Positions 1 to 11,615 of a stretch of 51,235 nucleotides of DNA are shown here, one piece after another. Each line of letters begins with the position of its first letter. Position 1 is the first letter of the stretch. The stretch is from the NCBI RefSeq assembly GCF_001194135.2, contig NC_068988.1, forward strand, positions 54,177,981-54,229,215. The letters are read 5' to 3'. A program made the position numbers and the translations under genes. The notes under the pieces are model-generated. The model saw nothing but the letters and a program-made list of their open reading frames with translations, was not told the DNA's origin and did no database searches. The stretch comes from Octopus bimaculoides. Lineage: Eukaryota.

Positions 1-45
<45 letters not shown>

Positions 46-489
46 TCAATGTAGTACCACATCATAGCTTCAGTCATAGCTTCAGATTGAAAGGAAAAAG
101 AATACCATCGATAATGATGATGGTGGTGATGATGATGACGATGATGATGATGATAATTCTGTTGTTGCTGTTGTTGTTGTTGTTGCTTTTGTTGTGCAGG
201 ACCAGATCACTCCTGATCAAGCAGGTCCCAAATCATCTTATCTTTTATCCTGACTTAATATATCTAGAACTACATTACCCAATATGTTCATTGTTCCTAG
301 CTTTCTTAAGGAAGCCATGCTGTGATTTGAGAGATATTTGGCTACCATTTCTTACTCTTTCTAGCAGATCAAGCAACAAGCTGAAAGTGATAATATAGAA
401 GACCCTTGGCTCATGTAGTATCTGTGTTGTTATAATATAGTCATGTTGTATAGTTGTATAATGTATGATGTTTCTGTTACTGTTGTAGT

Positions 490-680
490 TTTGAGATCCA
501 TTTTGCAGAAAACTCTACCAAAGCTAAGACAGCAGTTTATGATTTCGTAGACAGAGCCTTGGCTAATTTGCATAACATTTTCTACTCCATCAATAGTCAC
601 TTGTCTGTTCTACAGAACTATGTCACAGATACCTTCACTGATGATATATGCATAAAATTTGATCGGCGTCTGTCTCCTTG
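490..680 (-). mobile_element. Degraded mariner/Tc1-type transposase fragment (second HTH region)
   Basis: Minus-strand translation DIVL*NRQVTIDGVENVMQISQGSVYEIINCCLSFGRVFCKMDLK resembles the mariner pattern 'NRRVTIDEIA..LQISHGSAHEIIH..LGFRKVCARWVP'. One in-frame stop; no TIRs seen. Confidence 0.55.
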
Positions 681-1443
681 ATCTGGGTTGACCCCCAGGT
701 CAGCCCTGATCAAGAAGTGAAGAGTTTGTAAAGTAGCAGTGTTGCAGTATGATAGCTATGGTGTTGGTGTTGGTGTTGGTGAAGATGTTTGTGATGGTGT
801 TGGTGTTGTTGTTGTTGTTGTTGTTGTGGTGGTGGTGGTGGTAGCTTTAGTAGTGATAATATTGTTGGTGTTGTGGTGATGGTGGTGATGGTGATGGATC
901 AATCAGACCTATGATTAACGGTGTTCCAGATATGACTATCCAGACTTTTTTCTTTAAGCACAGAACTCAAAAATCACATTATCTACTCAATATGTTCTTT
1001 TTAAAGATTTCAGGAAAACTTGGTTGCTATTTTTAGCAGACCAAGCCACCATGTACAGGCTTCCTCATTGGCTTTCCCATGATGTTATTGCGGCATGTGA
1101 TGTTGTATGGTTGCAGCAGCATCATAGCATGTGTTTTAAACACCCTTTCCTTTGCAGTAGCCAAATTAGCCACCCCTTATCTTGAAATTTAACATACCTC
1201 CAATAGTTGTCTGCCACCCCTATTCAAAGTGGATGCCTTCTGTGGTCGGCACATTCTGCATAACCCAGGCTATGCCACTGCACTGCAGTATGAAACATTA
1301 GTATGGGATAGTGTTGTGTGTAGTGTCAATCTAGTGTGTGTGTGTAGTTGTGTTTTAGTATGTGTGTGTTAATGTAGTCTGCTGTAAAGCTGTAGTATGC
1401 TTGCATATTAGTGTGATGATCATCTAATGTATGCTGGTGTTGT

Positions 1444-1822
1444 GGAGGCGCAATGGCCCAGTGGTTAGGGCAGTGGACACATGGTCGTGTGATCGTGGTT
1501 TCAATTCCCAGACTGGGTGTTGTGAGTGTTTATTGAACGAAAACACCTAAAGCTCCACGAGGCTCTGGAGGTGGGTGGTGGCAAATCCTGCTGCACTTTT
1601 TCACCACAATTTTCTCTCACTCTGTCTTTCTATTTCTGTTGTACCTGTATTTCAAAGGTCCAGCCTTGTCACACTCTGTGTCACACTGAATCTCCCCAAG
1701 AACTATGTTAAGGGTACATGTGTCTGTGGAGTGCTCAGCCACTTACACATTAATTTCATGAGCAAGCTGTTCTGCTGTTCAGATCAACTGGAACCCTCAT
1801 CGTCGAAACCGATGGTGTGCCA
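1444..1822 (+). mobile_element. tRNA-headed SINE, family A, near full-length
   Basis: Head GGAGGCGCAATGGCCCAGTGGTTAGGG with Pol III A-box (TGGCCCAGTGG) and B-box-like GTTTCAATTCC. Colinear with the copy at 33856-34214. Confidence 0.8.
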
Positions 1823-1965
1823 CAATGTTGGTGTTATAAAGCATGGTTGTGTTGTAGTATATGGGGTGATGTAGTGTGGGTACAGTGCAGCAAAGTTGTA
1901 GTCTAGTGTTATTATAGTGTGCAGGTTGCTTAGTATGGGGTCAATGGGACATTGTAGTGTGATTA

Positions 1966-2300
1966 TGTAGCAGCTATGGTAGAGATGGTAGTGGTAGTGG
2001 TAGTGAAAATTCTGGTAGTAGTGGTGGTGATGGTGGTGGAATTACTAGAGATGGTGGTGGTGGTGGCTTTATTAGTGATGGTGGTGGTGTTGCTGGGAGT
2101 GATGGTAGTTGTGGTGATGGCAAGTTTGCTGGTTGTGACAGGTTTGCTGTGGTGGTAGTGGAATAACTAGCAACGGTGACAGTGGCGTTGTTAGTGATGG
2201 TCACTAAGACATTCTTAGTGATGACAGTGGCATTCGGCAGTGTAAGTGGGGTGATTTTGCTGGAATTGGTGGTGGTGGTGATTTTGCTGGTAAGCCGAGA
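1966..2300. repeat. Degenerate (GGT/GAT)n low-complexity tract
   Basis: Runs of GGT/GAT/GTG triplets; source of the poly-Val and poly-Pro ORFs in the track. A similar tract lies at about 745-900. Confidence 0.9.
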
Positions 2301-2867
2301 GACTTGTAGTTGATGCCAACATTTCCTGTTGCATCAGTAACACCAATGATAGTACCAATCTTTTGGGAAGGGAGGAGAGCCACTAAACAGCAACGAAACC
2401 ATTTAATCCAGTTGTAATAATGATTTCTAACTAATAGACATGGTAATAAAACAACCAAAAATCCTTTACCGCCCTTTCTCTTCTCTCTCCTTCAATTATA
2501 CAATGAGCCAGGCTTGCTAGGCAGCACAAACAGTTCAATATTACCCCAGGTTGTTTCTGCACCATTTCCACCCTCACCCATATTAATAATAGACATATTA
2601 AAAATTGAAAGCTATAGATATGTTCATTCTCATCAGTCAGGTTTCTCGACCCAAATTAAGATCAGGGTTAGAAAAATCCATGCCAATCCACTCCCAGGTT
2701 AGAGACATAGTGGAACCATTGAACGCACGGTTGTAAGACTTCACAAATTTCCGGCTGAATGGAGAGTATCGTTCTTTAGCACACTTACACTTATTCATAC
2801 ACACACACACACATAAATACATACACATTTATAATTGTGAATCTCTCTCTCTCTCCCCATAAACACA

Positions 2868-2915
2868 CACATGCATATACATATACATATATATATATAT
2901 ATATCTGTATATATA

Positions 2916-2975
<60 letters not shown>

Positions 2976-2990
2976 TATATATGGTATATA
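2868..2990. repeat. (TA)n microsatellite
   Basis: Long TA dinucleotide run. Many similar (TA)n, (CA)n, (CAT)n and (TACA)n tracts occur throughout the window. Confidence 0.95.
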
Positions 2991-3573
2991 TCCTATGTGT
3001 GTACACGTGTGTGTAATAAATATATAGGTTTTCTTTTGAAAGTTCTTGAGATTATGTATATACATATATTTTAAATTTTTAATGAGATCTTTGATGTGAA
3101 GTGAGAGAGAGAGTTATCGGTGGCGATAGAGGATTTTTATCTGCACTAAGTAGTATTTGTTAGTAATGTATTTGGAGAGCTTTCTATAATTTCATCACGT
3201 GTAAAAGAAAAAAACGAACAAAAACAAGTAAAAGGAGAAAGTTCAAAAAGATAGACACAGAGACTATCATACTATCCAATGGATGAAAGATGTTGGGTAG
3301 GGAAGAAAGATAGGGAGACTTATGCTACTTAATTCTACATAAACCCAAGATAAACAGCAGCTCTTTGGATTAACTAAGAAAATGTACAGAGATAACTCTG
3401 TGTGGTTAATGCTTAGTTTGAATTATTGAAAGTTAGTAGGTAGATGAGAATACTTGAGTATGGAGGGTGGTTCAGGAAGATCCAGTTATCAGTGTGTTGA
3501 GATTATGATTTTGAATAGCACAGAGAACATTTTTAACTGTTTTATGTATCATATATTAATTATACTTATTTAA

Positions 3574-3793
3574 CCCTTTCGTTACTGTATTTATTTTGAG
3601 ATGCTCTGTGTTTCTTTCAATTACTTTAAATATAACAAAGAATTTAGTAAAATAACTTAGTTATCATTTAGCTAGTGTTAGGAACATAAATTGTGACTAA
3701 GGTTTGGTGGAAGATTTTAATTGAAAACTTATGAAAACAAGACATTTGTATTCAGAACAAGAGCCGGTTTCAGCCAGGTTGGTAACGAAAGGG
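3574..3793. mobile_element. piggyBac-like MITE (220 bp)
   Basis: Perfect 12-bp TIRs CCCTTTCGTTAC / GTAACGAAAGGG, flanked on both sides by TTAA (3570-3573 and 3794-3797). TTAA TSDs with CCC termini are characteristic of piggyBac. Confidence 0.8.
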
Positions 3794-4254
3794 TTAAGTA
3801 AATTCTTTCATTCATTTGCTAGCTTCAGTCATTGAATTATGATTGTGTTGGGAATACTATCTTTAAGGTTTTTAGTCAATTACATCAGTTCACTCCAGTT
3901 CTTAACCAGGTAATTATTTTACCAGTTGGTCCCTTTTTATTTCAGGGGGTAAAGTTAAAAATAATTATGTTCCCCTAAAGAGACATGATTTTTTGAGAAG
4001 ATTCCCTTTAGAGAGTTCCTTTCCTTTTATAGATTTAAGTATCACAATGAGAAGCATGCCTCTATATGGTTGTACACCCTCCTATAAATAGCAGCTAAAT
4101 CTATCTTGAATTACACTCAACCACTTTAAAGCATGAAGGAAACAGAAGATAATGTAGTTTTAGTCCTAGAAACAATGAATTGAAGTTGGTCACTGCTAGA
4201 TTGCCTTTGATCATAGTGTTTCTGATCAGAAGTGACCTGGAGCTAAACAATAAA

Positions 4255-4630
4255 AATGCCACCACACACGTGCACACACATTCAAGTGCATTCACATATG
4301 CTTACATGCTCACTTACAGATACATGCTCATACGTACATGCTCTCTCACACACACTCATGTACACCCACACTCACGCACACACACACACATGCGTGCACA
4401 CACTCATGCACCCATATATGCGCATGCTCACACACATGCATGTGTATGGTTATATACATGCATGCTCACACACTCACATGCACATGTGCACTCACACATA
4501 CTTGTGCACGCACATGCACATGCATACACACATGCATGTGCTCACTCACATGCATGCGTGCTTGAACACATGCATGTGTGCACATACACACACACACACA
4601 CACATGCTTGTGCTCTCACACGCTCACACG

Positions 4631-4678
<48 letters not shown>

Positions 4679-4705
4679 TACATGCACACATTTGCACACA
4701 CACAC
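4255..4705. repeat. Degenerate (CA/CATG/CACT)n compound microsatellite
   Basis: Purine-pyrimidine alternating tract that generates the spurious 252-aa His/Thr-rich ORF. Confidence 0.9.
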
Positions 4706-4972
4706 AGTCATTAGATCATTTGATGAAAATATCTTGCAGCATCTATTTTGGCTTCTTGCACTCTGAGTTCAAGCCTCATCTAGGTCAGCTTTATGTTTCA
4801 TCCTTCTTGGTACTTACCAGTACTTCTGGTACTTACCATACTTCTGGTACTTACCAGCCAAGGGTAGTCAAGATAGGACGTCATTGTAACATTAAATATA
4901 ACGTCTTGTGGTACTTGTTCTACTGCTTTGTGTTCTGAGCTCAAATCCTGCCAAGGATTACTTGAATTATCA

Positions 4973-5302
4973 TTGCTCAGTGGTTAGAGCATTAGGCACT
5001 CAATCATGAAGTAGTGAGTTCAATTCCCAGATTGGGCTGTGTGCTGTGTTCTTGAGCAAGATACTTTATTTCACATTGCTCCAGTTCATTCAGCTGTAGA
5101 AATAAGTTGCGACGTCACTGGTGCCATGCTGTATCAGCCCTTGCCTTTGCTTTTGACAACATCGGTGGCATGAAGAGGGGAGGCTGATATACATGGGTGA
5201 CTGTTGGTCTTCCATAAACAACCTTGCTCAGACTTGTGCCTCAGAGGGTAACTTTCTAGGTGCAATCCCATGGTCATTCATGACCGAAGGGAGTCTTTAC
5301 CT
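4973..5302 (+). mobile_element. tRNA-headed SINE, family D
   Basis: GCTCAGTGGTTAGAGC A-box-like head and GTTCAATTCC B-box. Body colinear with 33459-33790; head-only copies at about 7035-7140 and 43625-43760. Confidence 0.75.
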
Positions 5303-5449
5303 CTTTTTTTTTTACATATAAACACACACATGTAGTCTTGTGTAGAGTACCACTGTGTGGTACCTTGGTCATCTGTCTTTTGTTTATAGTTCTAGGCTGA
5401 CCACAGCCTTGTGAGTGGGTTTCGTTGACAGAACCTGAAAGAAGTCCAT

Positions 5450-5506
<57 letters not shown>

Positions 5507-5944
5507 CCACATGCATTGATGGTATGTGATGATTGCTAATGAGCATCACCATTATTCAAAGGTTGTTTGTTTTCTGACTTCTTCCAAAATGAAATATTAC
5601 CTTACTTGGAAACAAATGATGATTGGAAACAGGAAGGGCATCGAGCCATATAAAAGTCTGCCTCACCAAATTCAATCTGACCCATGCAAGCATAGAAAAG
5701 TGGATGTTAAATGATGGTGAAGGAGGATAAAAGACTATGGGCAGTGTTCTGATTCTTGCATTCCATTTTTTATTCTGGAATATCAACATCAAATAATTAA
5801 GAAAGAAAGAAAAAAAAAAGGAAAAAAAAGTAAAATGCTTGCTGAGTGCTGCAATGTTTATAGTGAAACAAATGAGATTACTTAACGAAGCAATAGCATA
5901 TTTTGGCATAATCCCATTAACAATAGTCAAGGAATTAGTCACAC

Positions 5945-6049
5945 CTTAACGAAGCTTTTAAGACTCAGTAAACTACTTAAGTCATCGGCACTTCTTTCAT
6001 CTGACAACAATCTCAACTCAGGTGCCGCCACAGCTCTTCTGCTAGAGTG
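5945..6049 (-). CDS. Putative 105-nt phase 0-0 exon, HSSRRAVAAPELRLLSDERSADDLSSLLSLKSFVK; product unknown
   Basis: Open frame bounded exactly by acceptor ttgctcatgtgttAG and donor AAG|GTGTGA, with in-frame stops immediately outside both ends. Non-repetitive and more CpG-rich than the flanks. No homology recognised. Confidence 0.33.
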
Positions 6050-7264
6050 CTAACACATGAGCAAGGAATTTATTAATTTTGAAGATTTAGCATAAAAGAA
6101 TTGATCATAGCAGTAGTAGTACTAGTAGTAGTAGTAGTAGTAGTAGTAGCTGTGGTGAATGTCATAGCAGTGAAGTTGGTAGCAGTGTTTGTTTTAATGG
6201 TAGCACTTGTGAGGATGGATGTGATGGAGTTTATAGTATGCTAGTACATACAGTTGTGGTGGTGATGGTGGTGGCATGGTGGTGGTGGTGGTGGTGAGGG
6301 TGGTGGTGAGGGTGGTGGTGATAGTATGACTGATAGAGATTTTTTTTTTTTTTTTTCCTCTTTTTAGTTTAACCTTACTCTTCCCAACTTGAAGCACTGC
6401 ATTGCCTCAAGAAACATAACATCTCACCTCTCCTCCATGGCACACACAAACTTATCTTGTTTTATAAATATTTTCACAGTAGTTTGAAGTTTAGATTTTT
6501 CCTGATTACTTCTGTAAATTAAAAATTATTACCAATATCATNNNNNNNNNNNNNNNNNNNNNNNNNNNNNNNNNNNNNNNNNNNNNNNNNNNNNNNNNNN
6601 NNNNNNNNNNNNNNNNNNNNNNNNNTATATATATATACACATATATATATATATGTGTGTGTGGTGTGTGTATATATATGTATGTATATATTGGTGAATA
6701 ACAGAAGGAACCATTTTCCTTTGAAGTATTTAACCTCATCTTCTGTGTTTTTCTCTCTGTTTTTTTTTTTTAATTCTGCTGTGATTTCTCATTATGTTCT
6801 GTTGCTCTATTTGCCTATTTCTTTTTGGTGTTGTAGTGGTGGTGTTGATGGTAATAGTCATATAATGATGGTGATGGTAGTGGTGATGTTAGTAGTTATT
6901 GTTGTTTATTCCTAGTTCAGCTCTGATCCAGCACACACATGGTCAAAGAGTTGCAGCTGTGACCATTATTCATTATCCATATATATATATTTATATGCGT
7001 GTGTGTGTGCATGTGTGTGTATGTGTGTGTGTGTGTGAAGGTACATGGCTCAGTGCTTAGAGTGTCAGGCTCACAATCATGAGGTAGTGAGTTTGATTCC
7101 TGCACCAGTGTTGTGTGTTTGTGTTCTTGAGCAAGACACTTATATATATATATATGTACTCACATGCACACACACACATATGCACATACAGGGAAGTTTT
7201 GTAACACATAAATACATACATACAGACATACATATAAGATGCAGTGCTCTCTCACTCAGTACAT

Positions 7265-7302
<38 letters not shown>

Positions 7303-8337
7303 GCATGCACAAGTATATAACTAGTACTCCATGGGTTATGATGATGAATGTTCCAGTAAGGTACACGTGGTTGAGCACTCCACAAACACATGTACCCCTA
7401 ACGTTGTATTCAGGGAGATTCAATGTGACACAGAATGTGCCAAGGCTGGCCCTTTGAATTACAGGTACAACTCATTTTTGCCTGCTGAGTGAACTGGAGC
7501 AATGTGAAATAAAGTACCTTGCTCAAGGGTACAATGTGTCATCAGGAATCAAACTCACAGTCTTAGAATTGTGATCCAAATTCTCTAACCATGCATGTTT
7601 GTCTGTATATGTAAGTGGATATGCACACATGTCCACATTATCATTATCCCATTGATTCGGTACCAAAGATTATGCTAAGGGTACAAGGAATCTGTGAAAT
7701 ATTCAGCCACTTGTAGTAGATATAAGCCAACGTCTGAGATAGTTCCATGATCAAAGGACTGGAATATTCATATGTTGAAAAATAAGACAAGTTGCCATCA
7801 CCCACAATGGAATATGTGTGTAACATGTTTACTATTTTCACTTGGTGAAGAATGTCTTTAGTTTTTTTCAGAATCTTCTCAGGTGTATATGGGAAATGTG
7901 TGTATGTGTGTGTGTGTTTGAGACAGGATGATGAAATATTGAAAGGAAGTAAAAATATAAATATATAAATGTTGTAATATTGGTTTAGATATTTCTATTA
8001 AAACTTTCGGTGGCGACAACAACAACAAAAACGACAATGATAAAACAGAGATATAGTGAAAAGCAATAATAGTCATTTCTGTTTTTTTTTTTTTTGGCTG
8101 CAAAGTTATTGTCAACAACAACAATAACAACAGTAACAACAACAACAACAACAATAATGATAGCAGTTGCAATAGCAATAATACCAACAAAAATATATTT
8201 TTTTTGCAAAGATATTCACCAGCTTCTTATAAACAGCAAAAAAAAAAATAATATTTAAAAATTTGAGATATTGCTTTTCAATTGAAAATTTATGTGTTTG
8301 TTAATGTATGTGTCTATGTGTGTGTATATTTGTATGT

Positions 8338-8378
<41 letters not shown>

Positions 8379-8489
8379 TGAGTGTGTGTGTGTGTGTGCA
8401 TACATGTATATATATATGTCTGTGTGTGTGTATATATGTACATATATATGCATATATATAAATATATATATATATAAACATATATATAT

Positions 8490-9481
8490 NNNNNNNNNNN
8501 NNNNNNNNNNNNNNNNNNNNNNNNNNNNNNNNNNNNNNNNNNNNNNNNNNNNNNNNNNNNNNNNNNNNNNNNNNNNNNNNNNNNNNNNNNNNNNNNNNNN
8601 NNNNNNNNNNNNNNNNNNNNNNNNNNNNNNNNNNNNNNNNNNNNNNNNNNNNNNNNNNNNNNNNNNNNNNNNNNNNNNNNNNNNNNNNNNNNNNNNNNNN
8701 NNNNNNNNNNNNNNNNNNNNNNNNNNNNNNNNNNNNNNNNNNNNNNNNNNNNNNNNNNNNNNNNNNNNNNNNNNNNNNNNNNNNNNNNNNNNNNNNNNNN
8801 NNNNNNNNNNNNNNNNNNNNNNNNNNNNNNNNNNNNNNNNNNNNNNNNNNNNNNNNNNNNNNNNNNNNNNNNNNNNNNNNNNNNNNNNNNNNNNNNNNNN
8901 NNNNNNNNNNNNNNNNNNNNNNNNNNNNNNNNNNNNNNNNNNNNNNNNNNNNNNNNNNNNNNNNNNNNNNNNNNNNNNNNNNNNNNNNNNNNNNNNNNNN
9001 NNNNNNNNNNNNNNNNNNNNNNNNNNNNNNNNNNNNNNNNNNNNNNNNNNNNNNNNNNNNNNNNNNNNNNNNNNNNNNNNNNNNNNNNNNNNNNNNNNNN
9101 NNNNNNNNNNNNNNNNNNNNNNNNNNNNNNNNNNNNNNNNNNNNNNNNNNNNNNNNNNNNNNNNNNNNNNNNNNNNNNNNNNNNNNNNNNNNNNNNNNNN
9201 NNNNNNNNNNNNNNNNNNNNNNNNNNNNNNNNNNNNNNNNNNNNNNNNNNNNNNNNNNNNNNNNNNNNNNNNNNNNNNNNNNNNNNNNNNNNNNNNNNNN
9301 NNNNNNNNNNNNNNNNNNNNNNNNNNNNNNNNNNNNNNNNNNNNNNNNNNNNNNNNNNNNNNNNNNNNNNNNNNNNNNNNNNNNNNNNNNNNNNNNNNNN
9401 NNNNNNNNNNNNNNNNNNNNNNNNNNNNNNNNNNNNNNNNNNNNNNNNNNNNNNNNNNNNNNNNNNNNNNNNNNNNNNNNN
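8490..9481. other. Assembly gap (largest of eight N-runs)
   Basis: N-runs at 6542-6625, 8490-9481, 12493-12930, 26266-26339, 27414-27676, 35914-35923, 44397-44406 and 46778-46787; most abut microsatellites. Confidence 1.
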
Positions 9482-9527
9482 TATATATAAAAAGGTGTGT
9501 GTGTGTGCATGTGTGTATATACATATG

Positions 9528-9574
<47 letters not shown>

Positions 9575-9974
9575 TCATCATCATCATCACCATTTAACAT
9601 CCTCCTTCCATGCTGGCATGGGTTAGATGGTTTGATAGCAGCTGGCCAGGCAGGATCCTGCACCATGCTTCTGTGTCTGTTTTTGGCATGGTTTTTACAG
9701 CTGGATGCCTAACACCAACCATGGAGTGGTTGGTGTTAGGAAGGGCATATATATAAACACACAAACATGTGTGTGTGTGTATATGTATGTATGTATATAT
9801 ATTTAAATTCGCTAGTTTGATTATAACTGGTACTCCATTGGTTATGGTGATGAGTGTTCTAGTTGTTCTCAGAGAGATTCAGCATGACACAGAATGTGAC
9901 AAAGCTGAGTGCTCTAACACCTTGTCTGTCTGGAAGTCAAAGTCCCAGAGGGTCTTCACCATCCCATTTTCATT

Positions 9975-10125
9975 CATTTCTGAGTTCAAATGTCATCAAG
10001 GTCGACTTCGCCTTTCATCCTTTTGGCATAATAAAATAAGCACCAGTTGAGCACTGGGGTTGATGTAGTTGATTCACCCCCTTCCCTGAAATTGCTGGCC
10101 TTGTGCCAAAATTTGAAACCATTAT
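9975..10125 (+). repeat. Interspersed SINE-like repeat, family E
   Basis: Core GTCGACTTCGCCTTTCATCC...AAATAAGCACCAGTTGAGCACTGGGG...GGCCTTGTGCCAAAATTTGAAACC recurs at about 10425-10575 (+), 42900-43045 (+), 34240-34345 (-) and 50195-50335 (-). Confidence 0.75.
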
Positions 10126-10353
10126 TCCTAGTAGGGACAAAATGCTTAGCAGTATTTCTTCTGACACATTAGATTCTCAATTCAAGTTCTGCTGAAGTCA
10201 AATTTACCTTTCTTCTTTTGGAGGATCATTGAAATAAGGGTCAATGTAATAAACTTCTCTCTCATCTCAAAACTTGATGGTCTCGTGCCAAAGTTCAAAA
10301 CCATTAGTATAATTAGTATCAGTATTAGCATTAGTATTATCAACATGATCATT

Positions 10354-10397
<44 letters not shown>

Positions 10398-10589
10398 TGT
10401 TATTATTATTATTATTATTGTCCGGCTTTATGTTCTGAATTCAAATTGCTCAATGATTGACTTTGCCTTTCATTCTTTCGAGGTCAATAAAATAAGTGGC
10501 TGTTGAACACTGGGGTTGATGTAACTGGGTGATCTACCACCTCCAAAATTACTGGCCTTGTGCCAAAGTTTGAAATTATTATTATATTT

Positions 10590-10915
10590 GTTTGGCTCAG
10601 GTTCAGTCTTATTCCTGGTAGGAATTATGTGGGTTGCAGATTAACAGTCTTTCAAGTACTTAGAACCTTCCTGATAATCCTTGCTGTCCCCTAAGAGACA
10701 AACTTTTTGTAGGAGCTCTACTGGACATTCTGTTTCAATCTCCTTCAGCCATTTGTCTATATCTTTGCTTACTGTTCCCAATGCACCAATTATTATAGGC
10801 ACAACCTTTATTACTTGCATGTTCCAAATTCTTCTTATTTCAAATTTTAAGGTATTCTATTTATTTTCCATCTTCTTACTCATTTTTTACAATCCTGGAA
10901 TCAAATTGGCATAAT
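10590..10915 (-). mobile_element. R4/Dong-type (RLE-encoding) non-LTR retrotransposon 3' fragment, older copy
   Basis: Minus-strand KFEIRRIWNMQVIKVVPIIIGALGTVSKDIDKWLKEIETECPVELLQKVCLLGTARIIRKVLST* is the typical C-terminus downstream of the restriction-like endonuclease core. Flanked by (TAA)n. Confidence 0.85.
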
Positions 10916-10934
10916 GGGTCGATAAGTAAGCAAC

Positions 10935-10935
<1 letters not shown>

Positions 10936-11001
<66 letters not shown>

Positions 11002-11027
11002 GTTATTATTATTATTATTATTATTTA
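10936..11027. repeat. (TAA/TTA)n microsatellite
   Basis: About 30 near-perfect TTA units. Further tracts at 11105-11146, 11616-11655 and 50062-50165. Confidence 0.97.
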
Positions 11028-11102
11028 TGATTTCCTTTCATTATAACTTTATTTCAACTGCCTTAGTATCGGGCATCCTCTGGAGGCCAAGAGTAGCAAG
11101 GG

Positions 11103-11145
<43 letters not shown>

Positions 11146-11146
11146 G

Positions 11147-11615
11147 CCTTTGCACAGCTTCTAACACTGGAGATGTACTACAGTGTCAGCTGTTTACTAC
11201 CAGTGAACTAATGTAACACCTCTTATTTTTCGAGCACCTTCTGGAGTATTCAAGCGGTTCCAAGCTGTGCTGTTTTCTGCAAGTGCTCCACCCTTATTGC
11301 AGCCCCTATTTGTTCCATGTACTTCTTGAGATTTTTACTCACTGTTCCTAGGGCTCTGACAATTATTGGTACTACTGTCACCTTTTTCATCGACCACAAC
11401 TGCTTAACCTCCCAAGCTAACCTGTCATATCTATCGACTTTTCTTTCTTCTTTATCGCATACCTTGTTGTCAGCTGGGCATGCTATATCTATGATCCGGC
11501 ATAGTTTGTTTTCTTTCTCAATTAAGACTATGTCTGGCTTCCTGTTCTCTATCTCATGATTGCACTGACTCATAAAATCCCACAGGATCTATGCAGTATC
11601 CTTTTTGATGATGCC
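11147..11615 (-). mobile_element. R4/Dong-type non-LTR retrotransposon, 5'-truncated, restriction-like endonuclease domain
   Basis: ILWDFMSQCNHEIENRKPDIVLIEKENKLCRIIDIACPADNKVCDKEERKVDRYDRLAWEVKQLWSMKKVTVVPIIVRALGTV contains the RLE motif KPD-x-D-x-K-x-Y. Both ends abut (TAA)n tracts. Confidence 0.9.

Noticed and set aside
1148-1282. Possible hAT MITE (CAGTAGCC ... CTATGCCACTG)
   Set aside because: Termini match poorly and there is no 8-bp target-site duplication.
1444-1512. tRNA gene-like sequence (also at about 4973, 33459, 33856 and 48334)
   Set aside because: A and B boxes are present, but each continues into a shared repeat body and no complete cloverleaf is evident. These are SINE heads.
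4180-4938. 252-aa His/Thr-rich ORF
   Set aside because: It is the translation of a degenerate (CA/CATG)n microsatellite that is open in several frames, with no domain content.
7644-7885. About 80-codon minus-strand open frame (…HTYSIVGDGNLSYFSTYEY…)
   Set aside because: No recognisable family motif or convincing splice boundaries; the length is compatible with chance or a decayed TE.
8301-9666. 430-450-aa ORFs (also those at 12.3-13.0 kb and 27.3-28.0 kb)
   Set aside because: They are open only because they run through N-gaps and dinucleotide repeats.
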